64,000 bases of DNA from a candidate division WWE3 bacterium UBA1401 (GTDB taxonomy: Bacteria > Patescibacteriota > WWE3 > UBA101185 > UBA10185), in NCBI GenBank assembly GCA_002305115.1, contig DBQF01000003.1, positions 65,338 to 129,337 on the forward strand, read 5' to 3'. Below are positions 10,032-18,932 of the stretch, piece after piece; positions within the stretch are counted from its first letter, which is position 1; each line of letters opens with the position of its first letter. The notes under the pieces are model-generated. The model did no database searches and was not told the DNA's origin. It saw only the letters and a list, made by a program, of their open reading frames with translations. A program made the translations under genes and the position numbers.

Positions 10032-10056
10032 ATTTACTTTGTGTTGCAAAAACTAG

Positions 10057-10085
10057 AAAGCACCCTTAAAAACCGGGTGCTTTTT
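10057..10085 (+). terminator. Rho-independent terminator
   Basis: The arms aaagcaccc and gggtgcttt pair and are followed by a T-run. The hairpin lies inside the track's over-extended tsaC ORF. Confidence 0.65.
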
Positions 10086-10088
10086 AGT

Positions 10089-10094
10089 TATAAT
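10089..10094 (+). promoter_or_regulatory. -10 box TATAAT, 6 nt upstream of the tsaC ATG (leaderless-type)
   Basis: The sequence reads tataat + gatttg + ATG (10101). Confidence 0.45.
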
Positions 10095-10100
10095 GATTTG

Positions 10101-10658
10101 ATGTTTACTAAAAGACTAACTCAAAACGAGTACGATGTAGCAGCAAAACTGCTGCTTAAGGGTAAGGTTGGGGTATTACCTACAGATACTATCTATGGCA
10201 TTCATGCGCTAACACAAAATATACGTGCGGTGGAAAAAATCTACAAATTAAAGCAACGAAACGAAACTAAACCTTTTATAGTTCTTATCCCTTCAGTTAC
10301 CAGCCTGCGCCAGTTTGGCATCATTCCGGACATTGATCTGGAAAAGTACTGGCCGGGTCCGGTAAGTATTATTTTTCCGTGTAAAAAAGAAGAGTTTGCG
10401 TATCTGCATAGAGGTACTAATCAGTTATCATTCCGTGTGCCTGATAAGGAACAGTTAAGGATGCTGCTGCAAGAAACAGGCCCGCTGGTTTCAACAAGCG
10501 CAAACAAAGCTGATTTACCTGCTGCAAGAAATGTTGAAGAAGCAAAGAAGTATTTCGGAAATAAAATAAACTTTTATTTGGATGAGGGAGAACTTGTAGG
10601 AAAGCCCTCAAAGATTGTAAAGATTACCGGTAACGTGGAATTTGTACTTAGGGAATAA
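10101..10658 (+). CDS. tsaC: L-threonylcarbamoyladenylate synthase (YrdC/TsaC domain)
   Basis: Motifs KGKVGVLPTDTIYGIHA and LVSTSAN are present. I moved the start to the ATG after the terminator and -10 box. Confidence 0.8.
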   Translation: MFTKRLTQNEYDVAAKLLLKGKVGVLPTDTIYGIHALTQNIRAVEKIYKLKQRNETKPFIVLIPSVTSLRQFGIIPDIDLEKYWPGPVSIIFPCKKEEFAYLHRGTNQLSFRVPDKEQLRMLLQETGPLVSTSANKADLPAARNVEEAKKYFGNKINFYLDEGELVGKPSKIVKITGNVEFVLRE

Positions 10659-10666
10659 CACTTAGA

Positions 10667-10690
10667 CCCGAGGCTAAAGCCTCGGGTTAA
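10667..10690 (+). repeat. Conserved hairpin element CCCGAGGCTAAAGCCTCGGGTTAA (copy 1)
   Basis: An 8-bp stem with a TAAA-centred loop and a GTTAA tail sits between convergent gene ends. Confidence 0.8.
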
Positions 10691-10709
10691 TCGTACTGCG
10701 TTTATTACC

Positions 10710-11426
10710 TTAACCGCTGGCTTTAGCCTGCGGTAAGAACATACCATCATATGCAGGGGTAACAGAAATACCGTATTCATCACCAAGACTAGCAATCTGC
10801 GCTTTAGATTCATCAATATTCTTATAAAACCATGACCCGAAGTGCGTAATTACAACATGCTTTGTTACTTCCCCAAACAACTTCACTAAATTTGGTATAC
10901 CTGTATGCCCATAAATATACCCGGAACACTTGTCCCTAAACACCCTGCCACCTTTTTTCAGGTAGCTGCCCTCGGTAAGTACCAAATCAAACTTCCCCAG
11001 ACTTTCGATAATATCCTTCTTAAGCCAAGCCACGTCTCCAGTATAAAAGATACGTTTACTACCATTTTCCACTACATAACCTTGCGATAAAACCTTCTTG
11101 CTATGCGCGGTAGGAACACTAGTAACAGTCAAACCCGCAACCTCAGTAATTCCGGTGAATTTAGTAACCGTTATACCCTTCAGTTTTGCTGACTCTGGGG
11201 CAAAAAGGGAAACACTAATTGCAGGCGGATGCTTTACAGATTCATACATAAAAAACGCATGATCGGGATGCAGATGAGTAACAAAAATTGTCTGAGGGGC
11301 ATACTTCAAAAATGAAGGCTCTCCCAAATCAAACAAAACATTATCAATTAGAACACCGCTGTGATTATGGTAGTTAGGATGGCTGGGTTTTATTTGGCCG
11401 CGGGTACCTAAGATTCTAATATCCAT
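10710..11426 (-). CDS. MBL-fold metallo-hydrolase
   Basis: It carries the HxHxDH motif (THLHPDHAF). Confidence 0.8.
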   Translation of the reverse strand: MDIRILGTRGQIKPSHPNYHNHSGVLIDNVLFDLGEPSFLKYAPQTIFVTHLHPDHAFFMYESVKHPPAISVSLFAPESAKLKGITVTKFTGITEVAGLTVTSVPTAHSKKVLSQGYVVENGSKRIFYTGDVAWLKKDIIESLGKFDLVLTEGSYLKKGGRVFRDKCSGYIYGHTGIPNLVKLFGEVTKHVVITHFGSWFYKNIDESKAQIASLGDEYGISVTPAYDGMFLPQAKASG

Positions 11427-11455
11427 ATATAAATTGTGATAGTATTCACTAAGAA

Positions 11456-12343
11456 ATGCAAAATTTCCTAAAGTTCATCTTAAGCATTTTGCTATTAACA
11501 AGCGAAGAACAGGCAAAACCAATCGAGCTGCTATTTACCGGAGACCTGATGTTCGACCGGTATATCAGAGAACATGCCATCAAATACGGTAATGACTACA
11601 TCTTAGAAGATGTTAAGAGTCTGCTGCTCACTAATGATTTGGTTATTGCAGATTTGGAAGGACCCATAACAACTTACGACTCTATCAGCATGGGATCTGT
11701 TATCGGATCGCCACCTAACTTTGTATTCACTTTTGACCCTAGCGTAGCTCAAACACTATATGAACACAACATCAGGTTGGTAAATATCGGAAATAATCAC
11801 ATACTGAATTTTGGATATGAAGGGTTGGCTCAGACGAAGAAATTCCTAACTGCCGCAAATATCGGTTATTTTGGTAACGTGGGGATACCAGAGGACAGAA
11901 CAAAAATTATAACCCTAAAAAACATGACATTGGGTTTTGTAAACTATAACGAATTTGTGCAAGACGGTAAACAGACAGCACTTGAGGACATAGCCAAACT
12001 AAAAAACAAGGTGGATCTGCTCATACTAATGGCACATTGGGGACCGGAATATATAACCGAAGCACCACCATACATTCAGGAGTTAGCCCATACATTTATT
12101 GATAATGGAGTAGATCTGATAATTGGAGGACACCCGCATGTAGTTCAACAAAAAGAAGTTTATAACGGCAAGACCATATATTATTCACTAGGTAATTTTG
12201 TAATGGACCAGTATTTTGAACCAGCTGTTATGCAGGGACTATTAGTAAAAACAAGTATAGATCCTGTTTCCAAGGAACTAACCTTTAAGGAGTTTACTGT
12301 AAAAATGGATTTAACCGCCAAAACCAGCCTAGTAACAAAGTGA
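11456..12343 (+). CDS. CapA-family (PGA_cap) metallophosphatase-like protein
   Basis: Motifs FTGDLMFDR, GNNHILNFG, HWGPEY and GGHPHVVQ are present. Confidence 0.8.
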   Translation: MQNFLKFILSILLLTSEEQAKPIELLFTGDLMFDRYIREHAIKYGNDYILEDVKSLLLTNDLVIADLEGPITTYDSISMGSVIGSPPNFVFTFDPSVAQTLYEHNIRLVNIGNNHILNFGYEGLAQTKKFLTAANIGYFGNVGIPEDRTKIITLKNMTLGFVNYNEFVQDGKQTALEDIAKLKNKVDLLILMAHWGPEYITEAPPYIQELAHTFIDNGVDLIIGGHPHVVQQKEVYNGKTIYYSLGNFVMDQYFEPAVMQGLLVKTSIDPVSKELTFKEFTVKMDLTAKTSLVTK

Positions 12344-12442
12344 TTTACTTTTGAATCAGTGTTCCCAAACCCGAAAACAGTTTGCAACAAAACCAGGATC
12401 ATGTATAAAGAATAAAAGTTAGTAAAGGAGGTGACTGCTACT

Positions 12443-12673
12443 ATGCCTACAAAGAAAGCTAAAGATAGGAATAAACAAGAACAACCTGAAGAACTAGACC
12501 AGAAGGACACAGACACGGCTGAGGAAACTGCACAAGCAACCGCAGTAAATGAGGCTTTGGAAGAATATGCAGCCATAGAAGAAGAAAGACTTAGAGAGGA
12601 ATTAGAACAAGACCCTGATCTACTTGAACAGCTCGATCAGACAGATGAGCTGAATGATTCAGACCTTCTATGA
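12443..12673 (+). CDS. Acidic small protein with a basic N-terminus
   Basis: SD aaaggaggtg lies 9 nt before ATG 12443. The protein starts MPTKKAKDRNK and continues with an E/D-rich helix. Confidence 0.5.
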   Translation: MPTKKAKDRNKQEQPEELDQKDTDTAEETAQATAVNEALEEYAAIEEERLREELEQDPDLLEQLDQTDELNDSDLL

Positions 12674-12735
12674 GACCAGTAAACATATAGCCGGATTTTT
12701 GGTATTATAGTTTGAATGAGATTTCTATCTAGAGG

Positions 12736-13731
12736 ATGGAAAATATTCTAGAGCTTAAGATTAAGGAAAACGTAAGACTTGCCCCACTTACCACTTTTAA
12801 CATAGGTGGCAAAGCAAAATTTTTCATAAACATCCAAACCAATGACAAGTTAATACAAGCAATAGAGTGGGCAAAACAACAAAAAGTCCCACACTATATT
12901 TTAGGGGGCGGCAGTAACACCCTTTTTGCAGATTCCGGCATTGATGGCTTGGTTATTCATGTAAACACCCACGGCATAGAACGCAGCGGTGAATGGATTA
13001 AAGTACAGGCAGGAGAAGACCTGGATAATCTTGTGGCATTTGCAGTAGCCCAGAATCTGGCAGGAATTGAATGTCTGTCCGGCATACCCGGCAAAGTAGG
13101 ATCCGCTATAGTACAGAACAGCGGCGCATTTGGCCAGGAAACATACGAACACATAGATAGTGTAGAGGTTTTAGATACTATGACTTTAGAAAAAAGTATA
13201 CTTAAGAAGACAGACTGCGAATTTGGGTATAGAACAAGCAGGTTTAAAAATAATCCGTCAAAGATAGTATTAAGTGCAACATTTAAGCTAGAAGATGGCT
13301 TTGCAGCTGAATCGGAAAATATATGGGAAACCAGACAAAGAGTACTCGCTACACGCAAAGAAAGATCCTCTTACTATGACAGTAAGGATCCCAACACAAT
13401 TAGTGCTGGATGTTTTTTTAAGAACCCTGTTGTAGACAAAAAATTAATTGACAAACTTGGAGCTATACCTCACTGGCCGCAAGAGAATAAAGTAAAGCTC
13501 GCGGCAGGTTGGCTAGTGGAACAGGCCGGATTTCCGAAAGGGTACACCTATAAAAACGTGGGACTTTCCCAAAAGCACAGCCTGATTATTATCAACAGAG
13601 GAAAAGGTACAGCACAACAAGTTTTAGAACTGGCAGATATGATAAAAAAGAAAGTCTTACAGCAATTTGGCGTGCAACTTGAAGAAGAACCGGTTCTTGT
13701 AGGCTTTACTCAACCTTCATTAAAACAATAG
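12736..13731 (+). CDS. murB: UDP-N-acetylmuramate dehydrogenase
   Basis: Motifs LAPLTTFNIGGKAKFF and GGGSN are present. The length is typical of type-II MurB. Confidence 0.88.
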   Translation: MENILELKIKENVRLAPLTTFNIGGKAKFFINIQTNDKLIQAIEWAKQQKVPHYILGGGSNTLFADSGIDGLVIHVNTHGIERSGEWIKVQAGEDLDNLVAFAVAQNLAGIECLSGIPGKVGSAIVQNSGAFGQETYEHIDSVEVLDTMTLEKSILKKTDCEFGYRTSRFKNNPSKIVLSATFKLEDGFAAESENIWETRQRVLATRKERSSYYDSKDPNTISAGCFFKNPVVDKKLIDKLGAIPHWPQENKVKLAAGWLVEQAGFPKGYTYKNVGLSQKHSLIIINRGKGTAQQVLELADMIKKKVLQQFGVQLEEEPVLVGFTQPSLKQ

Positions 13732-15130
13732 CATTAGTCTGCCCGGGTGTTCGCCAATGCTGACCATGAATTAGCAGAACATTTTCACCTTTTTTCACAA
13801 ATTTCTTAGACTTTAGTTGCTTTAAAATAATTTCAGGTGAACCGATCTTACCGGAAGAAGGAAAAGATACTTTGGTTGGAAAAACACCATAAGATATGGT
13901 TAAAGTTTCGACTGTCTTATCATTAGGGGTTGTTACCACAACAGGCACGTTCGAACGGTAACTTGCTAAGACCCTTGCTGTGTAACCGGTTTCTGTAAAT
14001 ACAACTACATGGTTTATCTCAATATTCCAAGAAACTCTTGCCATTTTGTAAGCAGCCTGAACTACAAGCTCTGTGGGGCTTTGGGGCATAATATCAAATT
14101 CCGGAACTACTGCCTTCTTCTCGTTAAAGGCCAAGATCCGTGCCATGGCTTCCACAGACCTAATAGGATACTTGCCTGTAGCTGTTTCACCTGAAAGCAT
14201 TACTGCATCTGTGCCATCAAATACCGCATTTGCTACATCGGTAGCTTCGGCTCTGGTAGGTAGTGGGTGATCGATCATAGATTGAAGCATTTGTGTAGCG
14301 ACAATTACGGGTTTATAAGCTAATCTACATTTATTGATCATTTGCTTTTGGTGATATGTAATTTCCTCAATAGGCACTTCAATACCCAAATCACCTCTAG
14401 CTACCATAATCACATCAGCCGCCGCAATAAGTTCGTCAAGATTATCCAGCGCTTTCTGGCTTTCAATCTTAGCTACAATTTGCGCTTCTATCTTGCGTTT
14501 CTGCATTTCAGCCCTCAACGTTTGAATGTCTTCTTTGGTGCGGCTGAAAGAAAGAGCCACAAAATCTACCCGTTCTTTCGTGGCAAGACTAAGTCTTTCT
14601 AGATCTTCTTCAATAAGGGAAGGTAAATTTATATCTTTACCCACGAGATTTAGGCTTTTTCTATCTTTTAACACTCCATCATCAAGTGATTTCGCAACCA
14701 AACCGTGCTTACCATTGCACTTTACAACTTCGAAATTCAGAAACCCATCTTCAATAGAAAATTTATCTTTAGGTTCTAGCGCTTCAAAAAAAGCCTCGTG
14801 CGGAACACATACCTGATCTTCAGGGTCTTTAAAAGCCTGACAAAAATGAAGTTTCTGGCCTTTTTTTAATGGGATACTTTCGGAATTTTTAGTGTTGATT
14901 CGAATCTCAGGCCCCTGTAGATCTATTAAAATACCAACCGGCGTGTCTAGTTCATCTGCAACCTTCTGCACCCTTCTAATAGTCTGCTGATGCCAATCCA
15001 ACGTACCATGTTTCATATTAAAGCGGAATACGTTAACACCCAGTTTTATCATCTGGGCAATCGAGACTTCACATTCGGCTGCGGGACCAATAGTTGCAAT
15101 GATTTTCGTTTTTTTATTTGCTAATATCAC
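13706..15130 (-). CDS. pyk: Pyruvate kinase
   Basis: Motifs KIIATIGPA, FRFNMKHG, MVARGDLGIE and MLSGETA are present. The start codon is GTG. Confidence 0.95.
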   Translation of the reverse strand: MILANKKTKIIATIGPAAECEVSIAQMIKLGVNVFRFNMKHGTLDWHQQTIRRVQKVADELDTPVGILIDLQGPEIRINTKNSESIPLKKGQKLHFCQAFKDPEDQVCVPHEAFFEALEPKDKFSIEDGFLNFEVVKCNGKHGLVAKSLDDGVLKDRKSLNLVGKDINLPSLIEEDLERLSLATKERVDFVALSFSRTKEDIQTLRAEMQKRKIEAQIVAKIESQKALDNLDELIAAADVIMVARGDLGIEVPIEEITYHQKQMINKCRLAYKPVIVATQMLQSMIDHPLPTRAEATDVANAVFDGTDAVMLSGETATGKYPIRSVEAMARILAFNEKKAVVPEFDIMPQSPTELVVQAAYKMARVSWNIEINHVVVFTETGYTARVLASYRSNVPVVVTTPNDKTVETLTISYGVFPTKVSFPSSGKIGSPEIILKQLKSKKFVKKGENVLLIHGQHWRTPGQTNAIVLMKVE

Positions 15131-15202
15131 AAAATTAATGATAACAGACTTTATGAAAAATTTGTTATACTTTAACTAAGTTATAAGTTTAAAGGACACT
15201 CT

Positions 15203-15721
15203 ATGATACCACTATTTTTAATATTGTTAACTACTTTACTTTTCTCTCCAACCGCACTCGCTGAAGGAAATCAAGAACAAAAAAATATGCCCGATTCTGT
15301 ACATATTCAGATACAAGAGGCCACAAGAAATGTACAAAGAGTAATGCGGGAAGCGGGCGTAGATAATGGGTTGGGTGAACAGGTACGGGAAGTTGCAAGA
15401 GTTCAACAGGAAGCTCAGCAAGCAATTCAACAAAGCGTACAGGTATTGAATCAAAGAAGAGGATTAGCAAGATTTATTCTGGGACCAAATTACCAAGAAC
15501 TTGAACAGTTAGAACAAAAGGTAGAGGAGGCCAAACAAACCATAGAACAAGTAAAAGAACTAAAGGAGCAGGCAGAAACACTTAGAAACTCGGAAGCCGT
15601 GCGTAACCTAGAACAATTACAGACAGCACTGCAGGAACAAAACCAAACACTAAAAGAACAGATAGCTGAATACACCGGGCACTTTAGTCTATTTGGTTGG
15701 TTAATGAAACTTTTTAACTAA
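15203..15721 (+). CDS. Secreted coiled-coil protein, unknown function
   Basis: It has a signal peptide (...SPTALAEG) followed by Q/E-rich heptads. Confidence 0.55.
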   Translation: MIPLFLILLTTLLFSPTALAEGNQEQKNMPDSVHIQIQEATRNVQRVMREAGVDNGLGEQVREVARVQQEAQQAIQQSVQVLNQRRGLARFILGPNYQELEQLEQKVEEAKQTIEQVKELKEQAETLRNSEAVRNLEQLQTALQEQNQTLKEQIAEYTGHFSLFGWLMKLFN

Positions 15722-16590
15722 TGGAAAAACTACTAATACTTCCATTTGACCACAGATCTTCTTTTGTGGAAAAAATACTTGGCATAAAAAAAGAGGTGGA
15801 TGAACAAACGTTTGACCAGGTTAAACAGTTAAAGCAGTTAATTTTCGAAGGGTTTTTGCAGGTGTGGCAAAATTCGCCTGCAAAGGATAATCTGGCAATT
15901 TTAGTTGACGATGAATACGGCTTAGATGTTATTACAGAAGCCAAGAATAAGGGTATTAAATTCGCTCTGGCAGTAGAGAAAAGCGGAGAAGAGGAGTTTT
16001 CCTTTGAACACGGAGACGATTTTGGTGAACAAATAAAAAATCTGCAACCCGATTTTGTAAAAGCACTTGTCAGATATAATCCCGAACACATAGAGAAAAA
16101 CAAAAGACAGCTGGAAAAACTTCGTATATTAAGTAACTGGTGTAAAGATAACAATTTTCCGTTAATTTTTGAGCTACTTGTACCTGCTACAGAAGCCGAT
16201 TTAAGGACTTATCCTGATTACGACAGTCACGGGAGAGATATAAAAACTATTCAGGCCATAAAAGAAATTTCCAAAGAAGTGCAGGTATCAGTCTGGAAAT
16301 TAGAGGGCTTTTCGCGGGAGCAGTGGAAGCCAATACTAGAAACAATAAACCCCGAATCGCAAGTAATCCTGTTGGGCAGGGGAGAAAATGAGCACAAGAT
16401 TGAAAAATGGCTGGAGGCTGCAGCTCCTTACGAAAGAGTAATCGGTTTTGCGATCGGTAGAACTATATTTGCTGAAGCCATTAAAGATCATTTTGACGGG
16501 TTAATAACATATGGTCACGCTGTAGAAGAAATTGCAGAAAACTATAAAAAATTTATTAGAACGTGGAATATCTACAAAAATATCAGCTAG
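15721..16590 (+). CDS. Class I aldolase-like TIM-barrel protein (DUF2090 / LacD-IolC C-terminal-like)
   Basis: The N-terminal LILPFDHRSSF and the internal VWKLEGF are consistent with a Schiff-base lysine strand. Confidence 0.45.
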   Translation: MEKLLILPFDHRSSFVEKILGIKKEVDEQTFDQVKQLKQLIFEGFLQVWQNSPAKDNLAILVDDEYGLDVITEAKNKGIKFALAVEKSGEEEFSFEHGDDFGEQIKNLQPDFVKALVRYNPEHIEKNKRQLEKLRILSNWCKDNNFPLIFELLVPATEADLRTYPDYDSHGRDIKTIQAIKEISKEVQVSVWKLEGFSREQWKPILETINPESQVILLGRGENEHKIEKWLEAAAPYERVIGFAIGRTIFAEAIKDHFDGLITYGHAVEEIAENYKKFIRTWNIYKNIS

Positions 16591-17135
16591 TCTTTAACAA
16601 CAGCTTCTTCGAAAACCTGTTTGGGTGATCTTTGTTCATAAAAATACCAACCTAACAACGCAGTTAAAAGGGATAGTGATAAAACCAGCATGCCTGAGGA
16701 ACCTGTATCCGGAACACTAACAGTGCTTTGAAGAGTTGTTGATGTAGTAGTTGTGGTACTGATAAATGTATCGGGCAAGTTTGGGCCTAAATGCAAGTTA
16801 AAGGAAAGTGTTTCGCCACCCGAAGATATACTCACCGCATGGTCACCTTCTGCGAGACTAGAGCCATAAGACCAATCACCAGACGCGTCTGCTGTCACGT
16901 TGCTGATCTGGCCATTTGTGTTAACAGCAACCTGGCTATTGGCAGTAGCCTTACCTTTCAATGTTGGATTACTTTGGGTATACCACCAATCTGAATAAAC
17001 TTTGCCATCCGTTGAAAACGCTCCAATATAATCAAGAGTTAAATTTGCAGCAAAGGCTTTAGTCAGAAACAAAGTACTAATAATAAGTGTAATTGCGAAA
17101 AGACATACTTTCGTAGATAGGCAGATCTTTTTCAT
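16587..17135 (-). CDS. Surface protein with an Ig-like domain and a C-terminal LPXTG-like (VPDTG) sorting signal
   Basis: The signal peptide is MKKICLSTKVCLFAITLIISTLFLTKAFA. The protein ends VPDTG + hydrophobic helix + charged tail. I moved the start to ATG 17135. Confidence 0.6.
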   Translation of the reverse strand: MKKICLSTKVCLFAITLIISTLFLTKAFAANLTLDYIGAFSTDGKVYSDWWYTQSNPTLKGKATANSQVAVNTNGQISNVTADASGDWSYGSSLAEGDHAVSISSGGETLSFNLHLGPNLPDTFISTTTTTSTTLQSTVSVPDTGSSGMLVLSLSLLTALLGWYFYEQRSPKQVFEEAVVKD

Positions 17136-17196
17136 ACAATAAAAGTGTATAAGAAATGTATCCAGTATGTCAATTACCAGGTGATAGAATAAGCAT

Positions 17197-18012
17197 GTGA
17201 ACAATAGAAGCAAAGCTTTCCTGATAAGCGTGGCTGTACTTATCTTTGGCGGGATGGTGTTAGCTGCATTATATAGGCCAACTAAAATACAGCCAGAAAA
17301 AGAAGCACACCAAGACTACAGCCCTCAAACTGTCGTTCAAATGTTTGTAAATACTTTAGCTGAACACAAAGACCTTGAAGCTATAGCATATCTATCAAAA
17401 CAGTTGCAAAATCAAGTCAATTCATACGAATCCGTTTATACAGGGCTTGAATATATATTAGGTACAACACAGCCAGTTACAGGCATCGTAGAGATCCGGG
17501 AAACAACATTTAATAGCACTAAAGCAAAAGTTATCGCTATATTAAGTATTGGCAACGCCACCAGTCATAGAAATTTTCGTTTGATTAAAGAAAATACTGA
17601 CTGGAAGATTGACACTATTGAAAAAACGTCTGATAAATTATCATATGCTAATGCAAGAATTACGCTAGACTATCCAGATACGTGGAAACTGCAACAGGCT
17701 CAAGGCTTGGATAACGCGGCAATGATAAGCTCACCTACCGACGAAACGTTAGTACTTGTGGTAGTTTCTACAGATAACATGCCTCAAGAATTAATGGCTA
17801 CTATTAAGTGCCAAACATCTTCACTGGAATGCGCCACACTACAAAAAAGCAACATAAGCTTCAGCAAAACCATAAATAAATCCACAGAGGAAACTATACT
17901 GGGCTACTATGGTGAACATGATGTTTTTAAGTACCTTATTATGAGTGTTAGTAAAAAAGAACAGGAGCTGGAGCTAGTTGAGGCGATTTTCGCGAGCTTA
18001 GCTATTAACTAA
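17197..18012 (+). CDS. Membrane-anchored hypothetical protein
   Basis: It has a GTG start and one N-terminal TM. Confidence 0.5.
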   Translation: MNNRSKAFLISVAVLIFGGMVLAALYRPTKIQPEKEAHQDYSPQTVVQMFVNTLAEHKDLEAIAYLSKQLQNQVNSYESVYTGLEYILGTTQPVTGIVEIRETTFNSTKAKVIAILSIGNATSHRNFRLIKENTDWKIDTIEKTSDKLSYANARITLDYPDTWKLQQAQGLDNAAMISSPTDETLVLVVVSTDNMPQELMATIKCQTSSLECATLQKSNISFSKTINKSTEETILGYYGEHDVFKYLIMSVSKKEQELELVEAIFASLAIN

Positions 18013-18881
18013 GACCTAATGAACCGCATTAAGTCAATACCTGCTAAGACAAAATTGGTGACAATGGCAGGGTATTTGCCTTGATAGTGCTTTTTATAGA
18101 ATAGTTTCATAGCATCTGTAGTCGTTTTTTTGATGCGTTCTCTGGTTTCTGTACTTGCGGAAGTTATGTCTTGTGTTTCTTTACGTATACCAACGCTGAC
18201 ACCTTTATAGTGAACAGCGGTACAAAATGGCAGGTACATTATCTGCCAACCTGCTTGTTTAGCTCTGTAGCAAAAATCTACATCTTCGCCATACAAGAAA
18301 TAGTGTTCATCCCATTTACCAATTTGTTCAATAACTTCTTTTTTCACCAGCATAAAGTGGGATATGCATAAATCAATTTCATGTGGTTTGTTCATATCTT
18401 CCCAACCTAAAAAGTACCGGTTGAATATGCGTGAGTGAGGAAAAAGTTTATTTAGCTTTGTGAAGTGTGTTAGCGCAGCCCAAGGAGTAGGAAAACCGCG
18501 ATGCGCATCCCAATCTAGCTCGCCATTGCGTAGTACTAGTTTGCAGGTAGCTATACCAACGTAGGGCGCTTGATCCATGTAGTTTACAAGTTGGCTAATA
18601 GCATCACCAGCAGGGAAAGCATCTGAACCCATGAATAGATAGTAGTCTCCGGTAGCTTTAGTTAAACCCAAATTGCTACCTGCTGCTAAGCCGTTGTTCT
18701 CATTCTCGATTAATACAACGTTTGGAAAGCTGGCTTTAACCATTTCTGCCGAACCGTCTGCAGATGCGTTGTCTACCACGATTATTTCTAAATTAGGGTA
18801 ACTGCCTTCTAGGTTATGTAGGCAGTCTTGGAGTATTGGTTTTGTGTTGTAGTTAACAATAATAACTGAAACTTTTTTCAT
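18009..18881 (-). CDS. GT2 glycosyltransferase (WbbL-like)
   Basis: Motifs VSVIIVNYN, VDNASADGS and YGEDVDFCYRA are present. The start at MKKVS is preceded by ggtgagg. Confidence 0.85.
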   Translation of the reverse strand: MKKVSVIIVNYNTKPILQDCLHNLEGSYPNLEIIVVDNASADGSAEMVKASFPNVVLIENENNGLAAGSNLGLTKATGDYYLFMGSDAFPAGDAISQLVNYMDQAPYVGIATCKLVLRNGELDWDAHRGFPTPWAALTHFTKLNKLFPHSRIFNRYFLGWEDMNKPHEIDLCISHFMLVKKEVIEQIGKWDEHYFLYGEDVDFCYRAKQAGWQIMYLPFCTAVHYKGVSVGIRKETQDITSASTETRERIKKTTTDAMKLFYKKHYQGKYPAIVTNFVLAGIDLMRFIRS

Positions 18882-18898
18882 GCAAACCTCACCCCCTA

Positions 18899-18932
18899 AC
18901 CCCCTCTCCATAAAGCACTCTATGGAGAGGGG
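18899..18932. repeat. Perfect 13-bp inverted repeat (ccccctctccata / tatggagaggggg)
   Basis: I read it directly. It lies between the stop of the upstream minus-strand gene and the GT2 start. Confidence 0.7.

Noticed and set aside
12181-12576. 131-aa minus-strand ORF spanning the CapA 3' end and the acidic-protein gene
   Set aside because: It overlaps two plus-strand genes that have motifs and a strong SD. Its low-complexity Ser/Ala/Val sequence does not look like a real protein.
15714-16154. 146-aa minus-strand ORF
   Set aside because: It is antisense to the aldolase-like gene and is Ser/Cys/Phe-rich with low complexity.
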